Part shown: positions 12,001-20,935 of the stretch, one piece after another | Layout of the letters: each line of letters begins with the position of its first letter | Numbering within the stretch: position 1 is the stretch's first letter | Origin: Amoebophrya sp. A120 | Taxonomy: Eukaryota > Protista > Dinoflagellata | Reading direction: 5' to 3' | Assembly (NCBI GenBank): GCA_905178155.1 | Contig: CAJINV010000010.1 | Span: 248,001 to 312,000 of the forward strand | Length of the DNA: 64,000 bases | Translations under genes and position numbers: made by a program | Notes under the pieces: generated by a model | Seen by the model: only the letters and a program-made list of their open reading frames with translations | Database searches by the model: none | Told to the model about the DNA's origin: nothing

Positions 12001-15000
12001 TCTGGGATGGCCACGCAAATACAAAAATCGCAAGCACCTCGACAGTGGTCTGCTATCTCTTCGGGTATTGCTTCAAGGGCAACGACAAAGCCAAATACTT
12101 TGCCGCCCTGGAGGAGACTGATGGCGACCAAATTCAGGCCTACCGGCGCGCCCGGTATTTGTCCAGTATGGAGGCGACGCGCAGGATCATGCAATTTGAG
12201 AGCGTCAAGCTCTGGCCCGGGGTGACGATCGTCAATGTGCAGCTCCCGGAAGACGCTGCCGTGACGTTCAAGAATGGGAAGGCGCAGAACGTCCGGAAGA
12301 ATGGCTCGCTGGGTGACGTGGAGACCTATTTCGCGCGGCCGGAAAAATTGAAAGACCTGGCCATGCTGGACTATCTCACGACATACAAAATCGCCAGACG
12401 TTTGGGCCAGAAAGTGGAAAGAGCGGACCCGCGGGATGGCGTCGACTACCATGTAGACCGCAGGCCGGGCGGCGGGTGGTATGTGTTCCCTTTTACGGAT
12501 GGCGACCGGGTCGTCCGGTTTAGAACCGTCCACCCCTTCACGGGGGAGAAATATTTCTTGACGATTTTGCTCCGCCATGGCGTCTGCAAGGCCATGGCGC
12601 CAGCTGGTCGGCCGGGCGCGGGCTTCGAGATGTGCAAAGAGTTCGAGGGCGAACGCTTCCCATCGTTTGAAAAAGTAGCGGAGCAAGCATTGCCGCACCT
12701 GCTCAAGGACTGCGGCGCGCGGCTGTACTTTGAGGAAGAGATCCGGCTGGCGCGCTCGCCGGACAACCTGCGCTGGTCGTTCGTGCTGTTGTTGCAGCAT
12801 GCGGCCTGGGGCGCGGCGGAGTTTGAGGAGTATGCGAAGAAGCTCGGCGAGGACTATACGACCAAGCTGGGAAGCCACGGCCCGGCTGCGGTGTTCTACG
12901 CGAAGAGCGCGCGCGCCTTTGTCCTGATGGACATTGGCCGGCGTCTGGCGCTGATGAAGAGGACGCTGGCGGACTTCAAGCTTCCCGAGCCCGAGGCCGT
13001 GAGCCGCCCGAGATACGACGAGCTCTTTGCGACGGATTTGGAGGAAAAGGAGCCGCCGACCTACGACCAGCTGAAGCCAGGACAGCAGGAGGCCTTTGAT
13101 TGGCTGGAGCGGGAAATGCTGGGGGAGTGTGACCCCAAGCGTGGCCGGCTCGTTTCTTTGCAGGCGCGCGCCGGGGCCGGCAAAACGTTTACCAGCAACG
13201 CCTTCGCCAATGAGATGGAGCAACGGCATGGGGCAAAGGTGTTGACCTGCGCAACGACTGGCATCGCCGCCGGGGTTCTCCACGGCGCCACCACGATGCG
13301 CAAACTCTTCCGCCTTCCTATTTTGGACGCAGAAGCGGACCGCGTCGACCTGGAGTGGGGTCAACAGACGCAGACCTGGAAAGAAATCGCCGCCGCGAGC
13401 GCGATCATAATGGACGAGGCTTTCATGCAGAATCGAGCCTACCTCGAGGGCATCTCGCGGAAGCTGAAGGAGGTACGCGGCAACCCGGGGCCATTCGGTT
13501 GCATGCTTACCATCCTTGCGGGCGACTTCAAACAACTGCCCCCGGTCGTAGTTGGGGGGACCACGGACGCGGAGGTGTACGAGAAGAGCTTCAAGTCTTC
13601 CGCGCTTTACTCGTTTATGCGGAGCGTGCCGGAGCTCACCGAATCACAGAGGGCAAAAGACGACCCGCGCTTTGCCGCCTTTCTCGATGACGTCGGCCAC
13701 GACCGCGCAACGTCAGAGCATTACGAGCGCGACGGGCAGGGCGCGCAGTTTTTGCTCCTGCCGAAATGGCTGGCATACACCACCGACCCGGAGGAGGCCC
13801 TGCGTTTTCTCTTTCCGAGTTTTCGCGCATTCGCGGCAGGGAAGGCGGCGGACGTGCGGCGCGCGTCTTTTCTGTCGATGGCGGTCGGCCTTTCGGAAAG
13901 CGCTTACCTTTGCAGCGTCAACAGCCGGACGACCGAAATCAACGAAATGCTCCTCGAGCGGCTTCCCTGGGAAGCGGAGGCAAGCAATGGGGCGAATGTC
14001 GTGCGCATCGATGGCGAAGAGTATGGGGCGGGCCTCTTTACGGGCGAGGACTTTCTCAGCGACCTGCAGACGGGTGGCATTCCCCCGGGCCGGCTGACTC
14101 TGAAGGCCGGCGCCGTCTACTTCGTAATGGTAAACCTCGCGCGGGAGCTCCCGAAGTATACCAAAGTCATACTGCTGGCGCACAATGTAAAGAAGAACCA
14201 TGTCCATGTCGCGCGCGTCGAAGACCTCCGCCCCCTGATCGCAGACGCCGAAGAGCGGGCCGCCGAGTATATCGACGCGACCCGCCTGGACCGCGTGGCC
14301 ATCGCCCTGCCGCGAATGCGCCACACCTTTACACACAGGGACATCCAGGTCGAGCGCATCCAGTTCCAACTGCTTCCGGCCTACGCGTACACGATACACA
14401 AATCGCAGGGCCAAAGTCTCGCGCGCATCGTCCTCGATGTTGCGGGCGGCGATATCTTTAGCCGCGGCCAGCTCTATGTCGCCCTGAGCCGCGCCTCCTA
14501 TTCTGCGGCCGTCCAGGTCTTGGTGGATCCGCACGACCTCCGGGCGAACAGTGTCGGCGAAACGGTGCCCCGCGTCCGCAATACGGTTCTGCCGAAATTA
14601 TTGCAGCCGGACCGGATTCGGATAACTCCGTGGGACTTTCTGACGAATGACCCCGAGGATTTTGGGAAAAGCCGCGGCGCGCCATTGCAGCCGCAGGCTG
14701 CGGACGATACGGCCGGAGAGGCAACGGAGGCTGCGGCGCCGCAAAACACGAACGGCGGCAAAACGCCGCGCCGTCCCGTGCTCCCGGCAATGATGACGGA
14801 AGCCGAGCGCCGGGCGGACACCCAGAGGAGCAGGAGGGCCAAAGCCCGGGGTGGCGAAAGCCGCGCCGCGCCCGCACTAGGGGCTGCCGATGATGCGACC
14901 GGAGAGGAAGAAGAGGCCGCGGCGGCGCACAGCACGACCGGCGGCAAAACGCCGCGCCGCCCCGTGCTGCCGGCAATGGTAACAGAAGCCGAGCGCCGGG

Positions 15001-18000
15001 CGGACACCCAGAGGAGCAGGAGGGCCAAAGCCCAAGGCCGGGGCGGCCTGTAGCTAACTTTTTTGAGCAAGTTCCGAACCTGTGCCATTTTTTTCCGTTT
15101 TGTCTTTGCTGCCCGATGTGGATTGTCAGTAGTTTTACCATTCAAGTCAAACAATGGCGCGAAGTCCGGCAAACATGTGCCAAGATTCAACGCGAGTCCA
15201 ACTGTAGACGCTTCAGATGAAAATAAGGGAAGCCGGGAGGCCTTTACTCTGTACCGGCGCGGGCTGTGCGGTTTGGCGAAACACACGAAACCGCAGCCCC
15301 GCACGCGGCTGATACCGCCCGGGCCCACCGTCCCAGGGGGGCGCCTGGCCTCGATTCTTTGTTCTACTCTCCACGCCGGATATATTTGGCCCCCTGATTT
15401 TATTTCTTTCGGATCTGGATACTTGACATCGGTCAGGCCACTCAATTGCTTCAGATCTGATACCTGATCCCGCTCTGGATATTTACTCGATTCGGATCCA
15501 GGTGTGATCTCTGCTCTGGATATTTAGTCTTAAAACCGCCTGCTCTGGATGTGGTAGTCTGTCGAGGGCGCGCCGGGGGTTTGTCTGGGGTGTTTCAGGG
15601 GTGTCTTCCGGGGGTGTTTGACGGGGGTCTGCCTCGGGTGTGCCGGGGGGGTGTGTCGGGGGGGTGTGTCGGGGGGGTGTGTCGGGGGTGTGTCTGGGGT
15701 GTGTCTGGGGTGTGTCTGGGGTGTGTCTGGGGTGTGTCCGGGGTGTGTCTTGCAAATTTCGAATCGCGATGCTATGCAGCCACTTTGCATACCCCAGAAC
15801 ACACCCCAAAGCTTCAGCAGTTCTTGTCGGGGGAGTGTGTCGGGGGTGTGTCTGGGGTGTGTCTGGGGTGTGTCCGGGGTGTGTTCGGGGTGTGGCCTGC
15901 AAATTACAAATCGCGATGGTATGGACCCACTTTGCATACCCCAGAACACACCCCAAAGCTTCAAAAGTTCTGGCTTGCTGCAGTTTAAATAGTAACTCTT
16001 TCAACTTTGACGATTTCAAACCTGACGCTTCCATAACGATACTTTTGCAATGTCGATACACATCCACGCAAACTGGTGCGGCTCGTGTATCAGAGGAATC
16101 GGGCTGGCCACCATGTTGCCGTTTTGGTCGTAATTTACGAGGTTCGAGTTCACTTGGTTCACTGCGTCGTTCGGGTCTACCGCGGGAAAGCCGTAGTTTT
16201 TCTGCAGTTTGTTTACCATGTCATGGTCCAAATTTGCGCTCACATCAGTGACTTGCTCCCAAAGCGTATCGCGGATGGTGTCGACCAGCTCGTAGGCCTG
16301 CATACACTTCTATCACACCAAAAAGTGTTAACGTTAACGGACTTTGGCATGCAGGAATGCACGAAAAATGAAGCCCAAATCTGTATTGCATAGCATGCAC
16401 GATAGCGAAGATTTGTCATGCGTGACTGCAATCATGCCCCAGAACCGTTAACGTTAACACTTTTTTGCCTGGTAACTTCGTGGCCATGCTTTCGACGAAT
16501 TCCGGCTTCATCGGATTTCCGTCCATTTGGTCAACTGTAAAAATGTCTGGGTCTGGAAGAATCCAACTTGTCATGCTGATTTTGGATTCCAAAAAAATCT
16601 GTATTGCATGAACAGCAAAGAGAGTCCAAGTTTTGCTACACAGAAAGAGCATTTGTCATGCGGTATAAGCATCAGGTAGCCCTCACAATAAAATCTGTGA
16701 CGCTAGGGCATGCATCACAGACATCAGGAGTCATGCAAAATGTGCATGACAAACCTGGCAATCTTCCAGACCCAGACACTCTTGCATTTGATACATTTGG
16801 TCAGAGTCGAAATTCGCGACCGGTATTTGCGTCATCTCCACCTGCGTCGGCTTGTGAGCGATGTCGTTCCCCTCAGTGTGTTATCAAATGTAAAAATGTC
16901 TGGGTCTGGAAGAATGCAACTTGTAATGCGTATTTCAGAACACAGAAAAGTCTCTCATGCATACGTAGCAAAAGCTGCCCACTTTTTGTCAGCAAAATAG
17001 GGGACTTGTCATGCGGATTCGGCATTGCGGAGGCTTCTCGAAACCTGTGATGCTGGCGCTTCCATGCCAGACCTTCTGTGTCATGCAAAAACAGCATGGC
17101 TCTTCCAGACCCAGACATTTTTACATTTGATATGTGTCGCAGGTCAATCACGCACAGGTCGCCCAGGTAAAAATCCGTGTCCATGAATTTTGCCCACTCC
17201 GTGCACTTCGGGGCGTCGGGCTGAAAAAAGGCGTTAAAAAACTCCGGGTATTTTTCCGCGCACTGGGTTAAGTTTGTTCCCGTATGCTGTGCAAAAGTAT
17301 CGCACTCGTACTAATTCTAATTGCAAATATGCATGACAAATAATCTTCCTCCCAAGAATGTACAACAGCAAGAATACAAAGTCTACTTTTCTTCTTGCGA
17401 GTAGAATTTGTAATGCAATTTCTACTAGTACTTTACTTTTGCAATGCATATCCCGCACCACCACTCAATTCCAGCATGTTCCTTTGCCCCACGTACTCCG
17501 AGATGTAGGTCTGCCCGGTGCTGTCGTAATTCAGGGTCATGGACATATCCATGGAAGCACGACGCTGTTGTTCTAATTCAACACGCAGCTCTAGATCTAG
17601 TTGTGCTCGACCGGTAGTTCTTGTGTGGTTCATCTTAGACAACTGCTGCTGCTGTTCCTTGCTGTGATACAGGTGGTCCAACCTCGACAACCGGCGGTCC
17701 ATTTGCAAAAACTGCTGCTGATCATGATGAAGATCGTCCAACATCATCTGTGTGCCTGCTTGCGAAACAACTTGATGACCTTTGTTGTTTGCAGTACTAC
17801 TTGTACTGGTAGATTCCGCTCTTTCCTCATTCCTAGATGAAGAGAGAGGATGTTGAACAGCCCTACGCTGGTGCAGGCCAAGAAGCCGGTCGCGGAGCAG
17901 CTGCTTGTTAATATCGAAAAACTTGCTGCCATTGCTGTTGCCCGCCGTGTTTTTTGTCGCACTAGAAGGAACGAGGTGCAACGAGCCGACGGCAGACGAC

Positions 18001-20935
18001 ATTGGAAAGACGAAGCGATTGTTTCTTTCCAGAAAAGACGAGGAGCGAGAGAATTGCGAGTCGTCCCCCAAGGTTGCCGTGTTACAGGCCCGCGACTTGC
18101 ACGCCGCCGAGTACAGTCCGGGTTTCCCTTCCGTCCGGGTTGCCCCTCCCACCTTGCCGCCTTTTGGCCAGCACCAACCGGACACGTAGGGCCGCTCATC
18201 GGCCGTAAAAACAGTCCCATCGGTTGTGCCGTAGGTAAACAGCACGCAGTCTGTATGGATGTGTCAGGATTGAAATCGACAAAGTTGAAATGATTTGCCA
18301 TGCATAAAAATGCAAGAACGCAAAAACTGTCTCTATTGCGGAGGACGCTAGGGAGGCAGATTGTAAGCCTGCTGACGTGTAAAAATAGAGCTCCTAAAGT
18401 AGCATGACAAAAGGCGCCGCCCTTACCCAAACAGCATGACAAACTGGATTTATGTTCTACCCAAATTTGTCATGCGCCACTTGGAAAATGGGCGTCAATT
18501 GGCATCCGTTTTATGCATCACAAGCTCTTTCAACTTTGAGGATTTCAATCCTGACGTTTCCATAGTCTGGCATTTTGTCGCAGATGTATTTGCACATGTA
18601 CATGAATTCCCGGTTGTTCGGGACCGAGGTGCATCCTGTGCAAAAGTATCGTACTCGTACTGATTGCGTTTATCCATTACAAATCTTTTTCTTAAGGAAA
18701 ATCCGCATTACAAATTCAATTTGTAAAAATGCTAAGTCAATTTGTAATGCAAGTTATCCTAGTACGATACTTTTGCAATGCATAAGGTGGCCTTGTTCAT
18801 GCTGTCCACTGGATCCGTCCACAGCCAGGATGTGGTTTTGTCGATCGTGAAAAGGTAGTTCTCCACAAAGTGTCTCAAGTTCGGCGGGTGACGAAGTCTC
18901 GGCGGTTGTGCAACTCCCTGGTAGCCATCTTGGGTATCGTCCTATCCAAGCAAAAAGGATTTATTATAGGAGTAACTTTTTTTGGAGGAACAGCAACTAC
19001 AAATCTGTCCTGTGGCATGAGAGCAAAAACCCAAAGCTGTCATGCGCACATATGACCATGTCAAAACGCGCTTGAATGGACCTTGCAACGCATGTCCAGA
19101 ATGACCACAGACCGACGCAATCATCTTGCGTGTTGCGCATCACAAAGAAGTTCCACTAACAATCATGTTTTTTTCCTGGATATGTCCGCCTCGGTTTCGT
19201 AAAGGATAAAGTCCCACTTCATTCGGTCCACATCCTCGATGCTGTGCGTGTCACTTCTCACGTAAGCGTGCTGCTGCATCACCATGAGCTGCCTTCTGAC
19301 AATGTCGATTTCGTCGTAGTATGTTTTGCACAAGGCTGCCTGTTCGTCGATGTAAGCTTCTGTCAAGATTGGCTCCCCTTTGTCGTCGAGCTGCTCGAAG
19401 TTTTTCTGATTGACGTCTTTCATGTCATCCACGCTCTGCGATTCGACGTTCGGATCTAGGTCGACTTTGCACAAGTCCCCCAGAAAGTAGTCCACAGCCG
19501 GAATTTGCGTTGTCCACGCCGATTTGTCGCAGTCAAGAGCCCCGGTCGCGTAACCGTCACTGGCATCACCCCCGAGTCTGTTATTCAACTCGTGCCATGG
19601 CGTGGCTATGGCTTGATCCGCGGTGATGCTGATGCCAAGGTCAGACCCTTGTTGATTGGCCGCACTGGTTCCCATCATCGTTTCCCAGTCAAATTTCGAT
19701 TCGTCGAGGTTACTTGAGGTAGAATCTGAACCGGTTTGTTGAGTCGATGTTGGGGTGCCTTGTAGCTGTCCTTTATCTCCCTGCCCCGCCGAAGAAGTTG
19801 TTCCATTTGCGTCCTGCTTCTCCAGGCGTGTCGGTATACCCTGGTTCCCAAGCTCTTCCTCGCCGGCGCAGCAGGAGGAAGAGGGTTCATCTGCGTGTAG
19901 TACCCCCTGACCCGGAGGATGGCTGACCGTGTTCTTTTTGGCAGAGCTCGCGGATCTTCCCGTGGTCAACGTCCCTTCGTGTTCGTTTAGTTTTTTCTTC
20001 TTTATTTTGTGCTCCGCAAAACGCTGTATGAACCCGGTGCCGGTAGCAGGCTCAGATTTCTGTCCACCCACGACCAGTTGTTCCGCATCTGGTCTGCCTT
20101 CTGTCCTCGTGCTATCGCTATGATCCATGGAAGTAGTACTACTACCAGCAAATGCACTAGCTGCACGTCGACTTCTCGAGGGTGCGCTCGTGGAGTTGGA
20201 GGCATCTGAATCTGTACTACTAGGATCATGATGGTCCAGGTTATTTGACGCTTGGTCTCGTTCACCTGCTTCCTCGAACTTAGAATCTACATCATGTTCC
20301 TCGTGGTCTTCTACTGGTCTTCTACTCCTGCCTATTGATCCCGATCCGTTTCCGTTTTTAGTGCCACTACTAGGTCCACTGCTCCTGCTTCTACTCCCCA
20401 CCACAGACGTGCGGTGCAACTGGGCCGAATTCTTGCGCTTTGACACAGAGACTGTAACGGCGGAAACGTGAACTAGGGGGAGAAACTGCTGAATTATAGT
20501 AAACGTCGTCGTCGTGGTAATCGTTCTCGATTCCTCGAGAACAATTATACAACAGATGTAGCCCAACAGCAGCAGCGCAACAATTTGCGCCAGCACTGAG
20601 CAAGGCCGTCCTGGGGGTCGCCTACGTCCAAAGCTGCGGAGGTCGTGCCCTCGTCTTTTGACCCGCTTCCTGCTTCCCAACCGTGTTCTTGGTGTAGTCC
20701 TACAGCAGGAGATGAGATGATAATATCTGCTCGTCTTCAGTAGCTCCTGCTTGGTGATGTGAGGAGCGATGCGTTTCCTCATCACTGCGAGGAGCGATTC
20801 GTTTTTTAGCTGCATGGTTTCGTGTGCTGTTCCTCGTGAGGAGCGGTCATGTTGGTGCGCAGACCCAGCACCAGCTGCATTGTTCCCACAAGAAGAAGCT
20901 TTTTCTAATTTGTTCTTCATATTTCTCTTCCACAC
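1..20935 (-). CDS. Large multi-exon, probably secreted/surface protein with three repeated Cys modules (PAN/Apple-like); 20 introner introns; runs off the window's left edge
   Basis: ORF pieces 19163-20935, 17433-18245, 16016-16303, 3355-4155 and others join in frame when each element plus 5 nt is removed (checked at several junctions, e.g. ...EADNTQDGYQG...KATSVPNNREFMYMCKYICDKMPDCVLFTYG...). Repeated motifs GDLC x3 and CxxICD...CVxF/Y x3. Hydrophobic stretch near the N-terminus. Exact start uncertain. Confidence 0.75.
126..391. mobile_element. Introner family A
   Basis: TATCAAAATGCAAAAGTGTCTGGGTC ... GACCCAGACATTTTTGCATTTGATA; direct repeat (DR) GGTGG on both sides. Confidence 0.9.
421..579. 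mobile_element. Introner family C
   Basis: TATCCTGTGCAAAA ... TTTTGCAGTGCATA; DR GGGGG. Confidence 0.88.
698..1014. mobile_element. Introner family B
   Basis: TATGGGAGTGTCAGGATTGAAATCGACAAAGTTGAAATA TIR; DR GAACT/GGACT. Confidence 0.9.
1120..1398. mobile_element. Introner family D
   Basis: TATCCTGAGTAAAAACGTCCCCAC ... GTGGGGACGTTTTTACTCAGGATA; DR GGTTC. Confidence 0.9.
1507..1719. mobile_element. Introner family E (diverged)
   Basis: CATCGTACAAAAAAAGTGCTTCA ... TGAAACACTTTTTTCTTGCGATA; DR poor. Confidence 0.65.
1794..2076. mobile_element. Introner, family A-related
   Basis: TATGCATTGCAAATAT..TGTCTGGGTCCGGAATAAA TIR; DR TCGCG/TCGTG. Confidence 0.85.
2149..2307. mobile_element. Introner family G
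   Basis: TATGCAATG...GTGGATA; similar to 2672-2833; DR CGGCT/CGGGT. Confidence 0.75.
2672..2833. mobile_element. Introner family G
   Basis: TATGCAGTA..AAATTTCCCGTACA ... TGTACGGGAATTTTTTTACTGTGGATA; DR TCGGC. Confidence 0.85.
2878..3178. mobile_element. Introner, family A-related
   Basis: TATCAAATGGAAATATGTC ... GACACTTTTTGCAATGCGTA; DR CTGTC/CTGTA. Confidence 0.8.
3228..3385. mobile_element. Introner family C
   Basis: TATCCTGTACAAAAGTATCG ... CGACACTTTTGCAGTGCATA; DR TTCGC; frame restored (WFAKAVPGVDPC). Confidence 0.9.
4186..4418. mobile_element. Introner family E
   Basis: TATGCAAGAAAAAAACTGTGTA ... TACACAGTTTTTTTCTTGCATA; DR AGATT/AAATT. Confidence 0.88.
4827..5195. repeat. GC-rich filler with about 9 copies of palindromic GGGGGCCCCC(TGCG)
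   Basis: Copies near 4846, 4902, 4976, 5011, 5054, 5097, 5140 and 5174, plus a variant near 4933. Confidence 0.8.
5430..7130. repeat. ~76-78 bp tandem minisatellite inside the Helitron (resumes at 8825-8910)
   Basis: Unit AAGGTCTGTTAGTAGTCCAGCAAGTTGAGCGAGATGGATGAGTCT..CTGGTCTGTTTCTCCGACACAGGTTTTCC repeated about 20 times. Confidence 0.9.
7131..8824. mobile_element. Non-autonomous TIR element (TCAACGGGATCGG...CCGATCCCGTTGA), 6-bp TSD AGTGTG
   Basis: TSD at 7125-7130 and 8825-8830; interrupts the minisatellite. Confidence 0.85.
7683..8606. mobile_element. Second element with the same TIR nested in the first, 6-bp TSD AACATG
   Basis: TSD at 7677-7682 and 8607-8612. Confidence 0.85.
9033..15053 (+). 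CDS. Helitron RepHel protein (HUH Y2 Rep + PIF1-type SF1B helicase), intronless, ~2000 aa
   Basis: Zn motif CKHCGA..E...SCCRAGK; Rep motifs PTFFVTLTVNPEWPE, VIEWQKRGYPHAHLL, YLFGYCFKG; helicase motifs ARAGAGKT, IIMDEAFM, LAGDFKQLPPV, LTESQRA, AYAYTIHKSQGQSL, FSRGQLYVALSR. ORF opens at 8997 (TTG); first ATG at 9033. Confidence 0.95.
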   Translation: MTIAAALRVLARLAALAGGHEEKGPPDKQGAGGQPAGPPASFFLHWGDTYETTPPGTQGPGRGASADIHIQIGNRLRGFENIAAGPTCPARPGLGPPGALVASDDLALVDMECGWPANPFAPRTTLGEAPNARPGYHTIAGSSTGEKPRPTLPDLPTGSPAGASQSGGSPGNPGGPTGPSDDLLCEECDGGDGEGGGGPPGSSCGAEDDPDDDHFVPRCADFSLEAFNGIEMAEDLTDPDATTPRQPALGRFADDWMYESTEDEGQAASSAARHGGEESQDGEEGDGCGSVGQALGPEGPQQPKPRPRLPDFPAPGPPREEAATGDPESDESAAPALKRRRPVLPMLQNPAATAAAKAEAEGKPRPKGKPPGISVHKQTRTWVAANAKKRAAAADATAERTERARLVAEARQVLGVQPISISTCAACKHCGASFFLETARTSCCRAGKAVDYPGKWAPLPESVARLFEDKKWGDFSIRINHHYAVASFGIAGDGARLDVQTSEDGKTTKGMPGPKSAYKIRGETYFRVLPPDHESEHSPLVWHLSAGLYRHTQSKLALREERRDEMAQALGRAKFDNLERTLLESNSVFQSFQQIAGEYQEKEQEGRADFKIFFQKKHQAEEVAAVIDLQQDFAAPRVLVATKLDGKTTTAPALSQLYEPLGYPLLNFFGVAGWGRVQVPDKKDPNGYGRWQHSEGHRESLLEHLRAKVFREERLRDMHALGQQWLVDQYSRHEDERLNYYAEIEKQRKIAKAKAGAAAVPDAQAPSGRVVLSDSFTKSQNWFRKKLDDALFLMAKFGRPTFFVTLTVNPEWPEVVQNLRPGRQAASDPILVEQIFWAKLLKFLQILRGDGSPLGRAIYIVTVIEWQKRGYPHAHLLIRVDNSRLHSALELHEIDKFVTAEASELRSELGRKIFAAKMQHKCAALCLTKAHQCDRDPKKCREMVKKCKKKYPQDLERKTTTDPNTGYVKYRRRTKEDLLSVEVSERILVLWDGHANTKIASTSTVVCYLFGYCFKGNDKAKYFAALEETDGDQIQAYRRARYLSSMEATRRIMQFESVKLWPGVTIVNVQLPEDAAVTFKNGKAQNVRKNGSLGDVETYFARPEKLKDLAMLDYLTTYKIARRLGQKVERADPRDGVDYHVDRRPGGGWYVFPFTDGDRVVRFRTVHPFTGEKYFLTILLRHGVCKAMAPAGRPGAGFEMCKEFEGERFPSFEKVAEQALPHLLKDCGARLYFEEEIRLARSPDNLRWSFVLLLQHAAWGAAEFEEYAKKLGEDYTTKLGSHGPAAVFYAKSARAFVLMDIGRRLALMKRTLADFKLPEPEAVSRPRYDELFATDLEEKEPPTYDQLKPGQQEAFDWLEREMLGECDPKRGRLVSLQARAGAGKTFTSNAFANEMEQRHGAKVLTCATTGIAAGVLHGATTMRKLFRLPILDAEADRVDLEWGQQTQTWKEIAAASAIIMDEAFMQNRAYLEGISRKLKEVRGNPGPFGCMLTILAGDFKQLPPVVVGGTTDAEVYEKSFKSSALYSFMRSVPELTESQRAKDDPRFAAFLDDVGHDRATSEHYERDGQGAQFLLLPKWLAYTTDPEEALRFLFPSFRAFAAGKAADVRRASFLSMAVGLSESAYLCSVNSRTTEINEMLLERLPWEAEASNGANVVRIDGEEYGAGLFTGEDFLSDLQTGGIPPGRLTLKAGAVYFVMVNLARELPKYTKVILLAHNVKKNHVHVARVEDLRPLIADAEERAAEYIDATRLDRVAIALPRMRHTFTHRDIQVERIQFQLLPAYAYTIHKSQGQSLARIVLDVAGGDIFSRGQLYVALSRASYSAAVQVLVDPHDLRANSVGETVPRVRNTVLPKLLQPDRIRITPWDFLTNDPEDFGKSRGAPLQPQAADDTAGEATEAAAPQNTNGGKTPRRPVLPAMMTEAERRADTQRSRRAKARGGESRAAPALGAADDATGEEEEAAAAHSTTGGKTPRRPVLPAMVTEAERRADTQRSRRAKAQGRGGL
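15570..15960. repeat. GGGGTGTGTCT low-complexity repeat with a duplicated block in the Helitron right arm
   Basis: Direct reading of the sequence. Confidence 0.85.
16311..16474. mobile_element. Introner family H
   Basis: AAAAAGTGTTAACGTTAACGG TIR; DR ACTTC. Confidence 0.88.
16529..16793. mobile_element. Introner family A
   Basis: A-type TIRs, left tip altered (GGT); DR CATTT. Confidence 0.85.
16882..17132. mobile_element. Introner family A
   Basis: Perfect ~31-bp TIR; DR TGTGT. Confidence 0.92.
17283..17450. mobile_element. Introner family C
   Basis: C-type TIR; DR TCCCG. Confidence 0.9.
18254..18564. mobile_element. Introner family B
   Basis: B-type TIR; DR GTCTG; frame restored. Confidence 0.92.
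18632..18784. mobile_element. Introner family C
   Basis: C-type TIR; DR AGGTG; frame restored. Confidence 0.9.
18943..19182. mobile_element. Introner, E-like
   Basis: TATCCAAGCAAAAA ... TTTTTTCCTGGATA; DR CGTCC/TGTCC; frame restored. Confidence 0.8.

Larger units (their letters stand above)
5304..15993. mobile_element. Helitron-like element (~10.7 kb), apparently autonomous
   Basis: Ends defined by the interrupted family B sequence ATTACA|AACTCTTTC (about 3 bp ambiguity); hairpin 5316-5338; subterminal inverted repeat 5383-5408/15955-15980; RepHel ORF inside. Confidence 0.85.
5196..16035. mobile_element. Family B introner, left TIR lost, split by Helitron insertion
   Basis: 5196-5303 matches the family B interior (cf. 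36380-36500); 15994-16035 is the family B right TIR. Confidence 0.8.
4649..16058. mobile_element. Giant composite intron: family C introner containing a broken family B introner and a Helitron
   Basis: C-type ends at 4649 and 16058 (also at 4818); DR CACAA/CACAT; joining the exons gives HQFAWMC|RAICDSIPECVGF in frame. Confidence 0.8.

Noticed and set aside
11757-13535. 592-aa minus-strand ORF and other long antisense ORFs
   Set aside because: Shadow of the GC-rich RepHel ORF; no motifs
9033-15053. RepHel as the introner mobiliser
   Set aside because: It is an insertion into the introner interior with its own termini, and Helitrons do not make 5-bp TSDs
15570-15900. Telomeric repeat
   Set aside because: GGGGTGTGTCT is degenerate, internal to the Helitron and unlike TTTAGGG
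16604-17184. Recurrent short ORFs such as SNVKMSGSGR / FQTQTFLHL / NFVDFNPD as a protein family
   Set aside because: They are translations of introner TIRs
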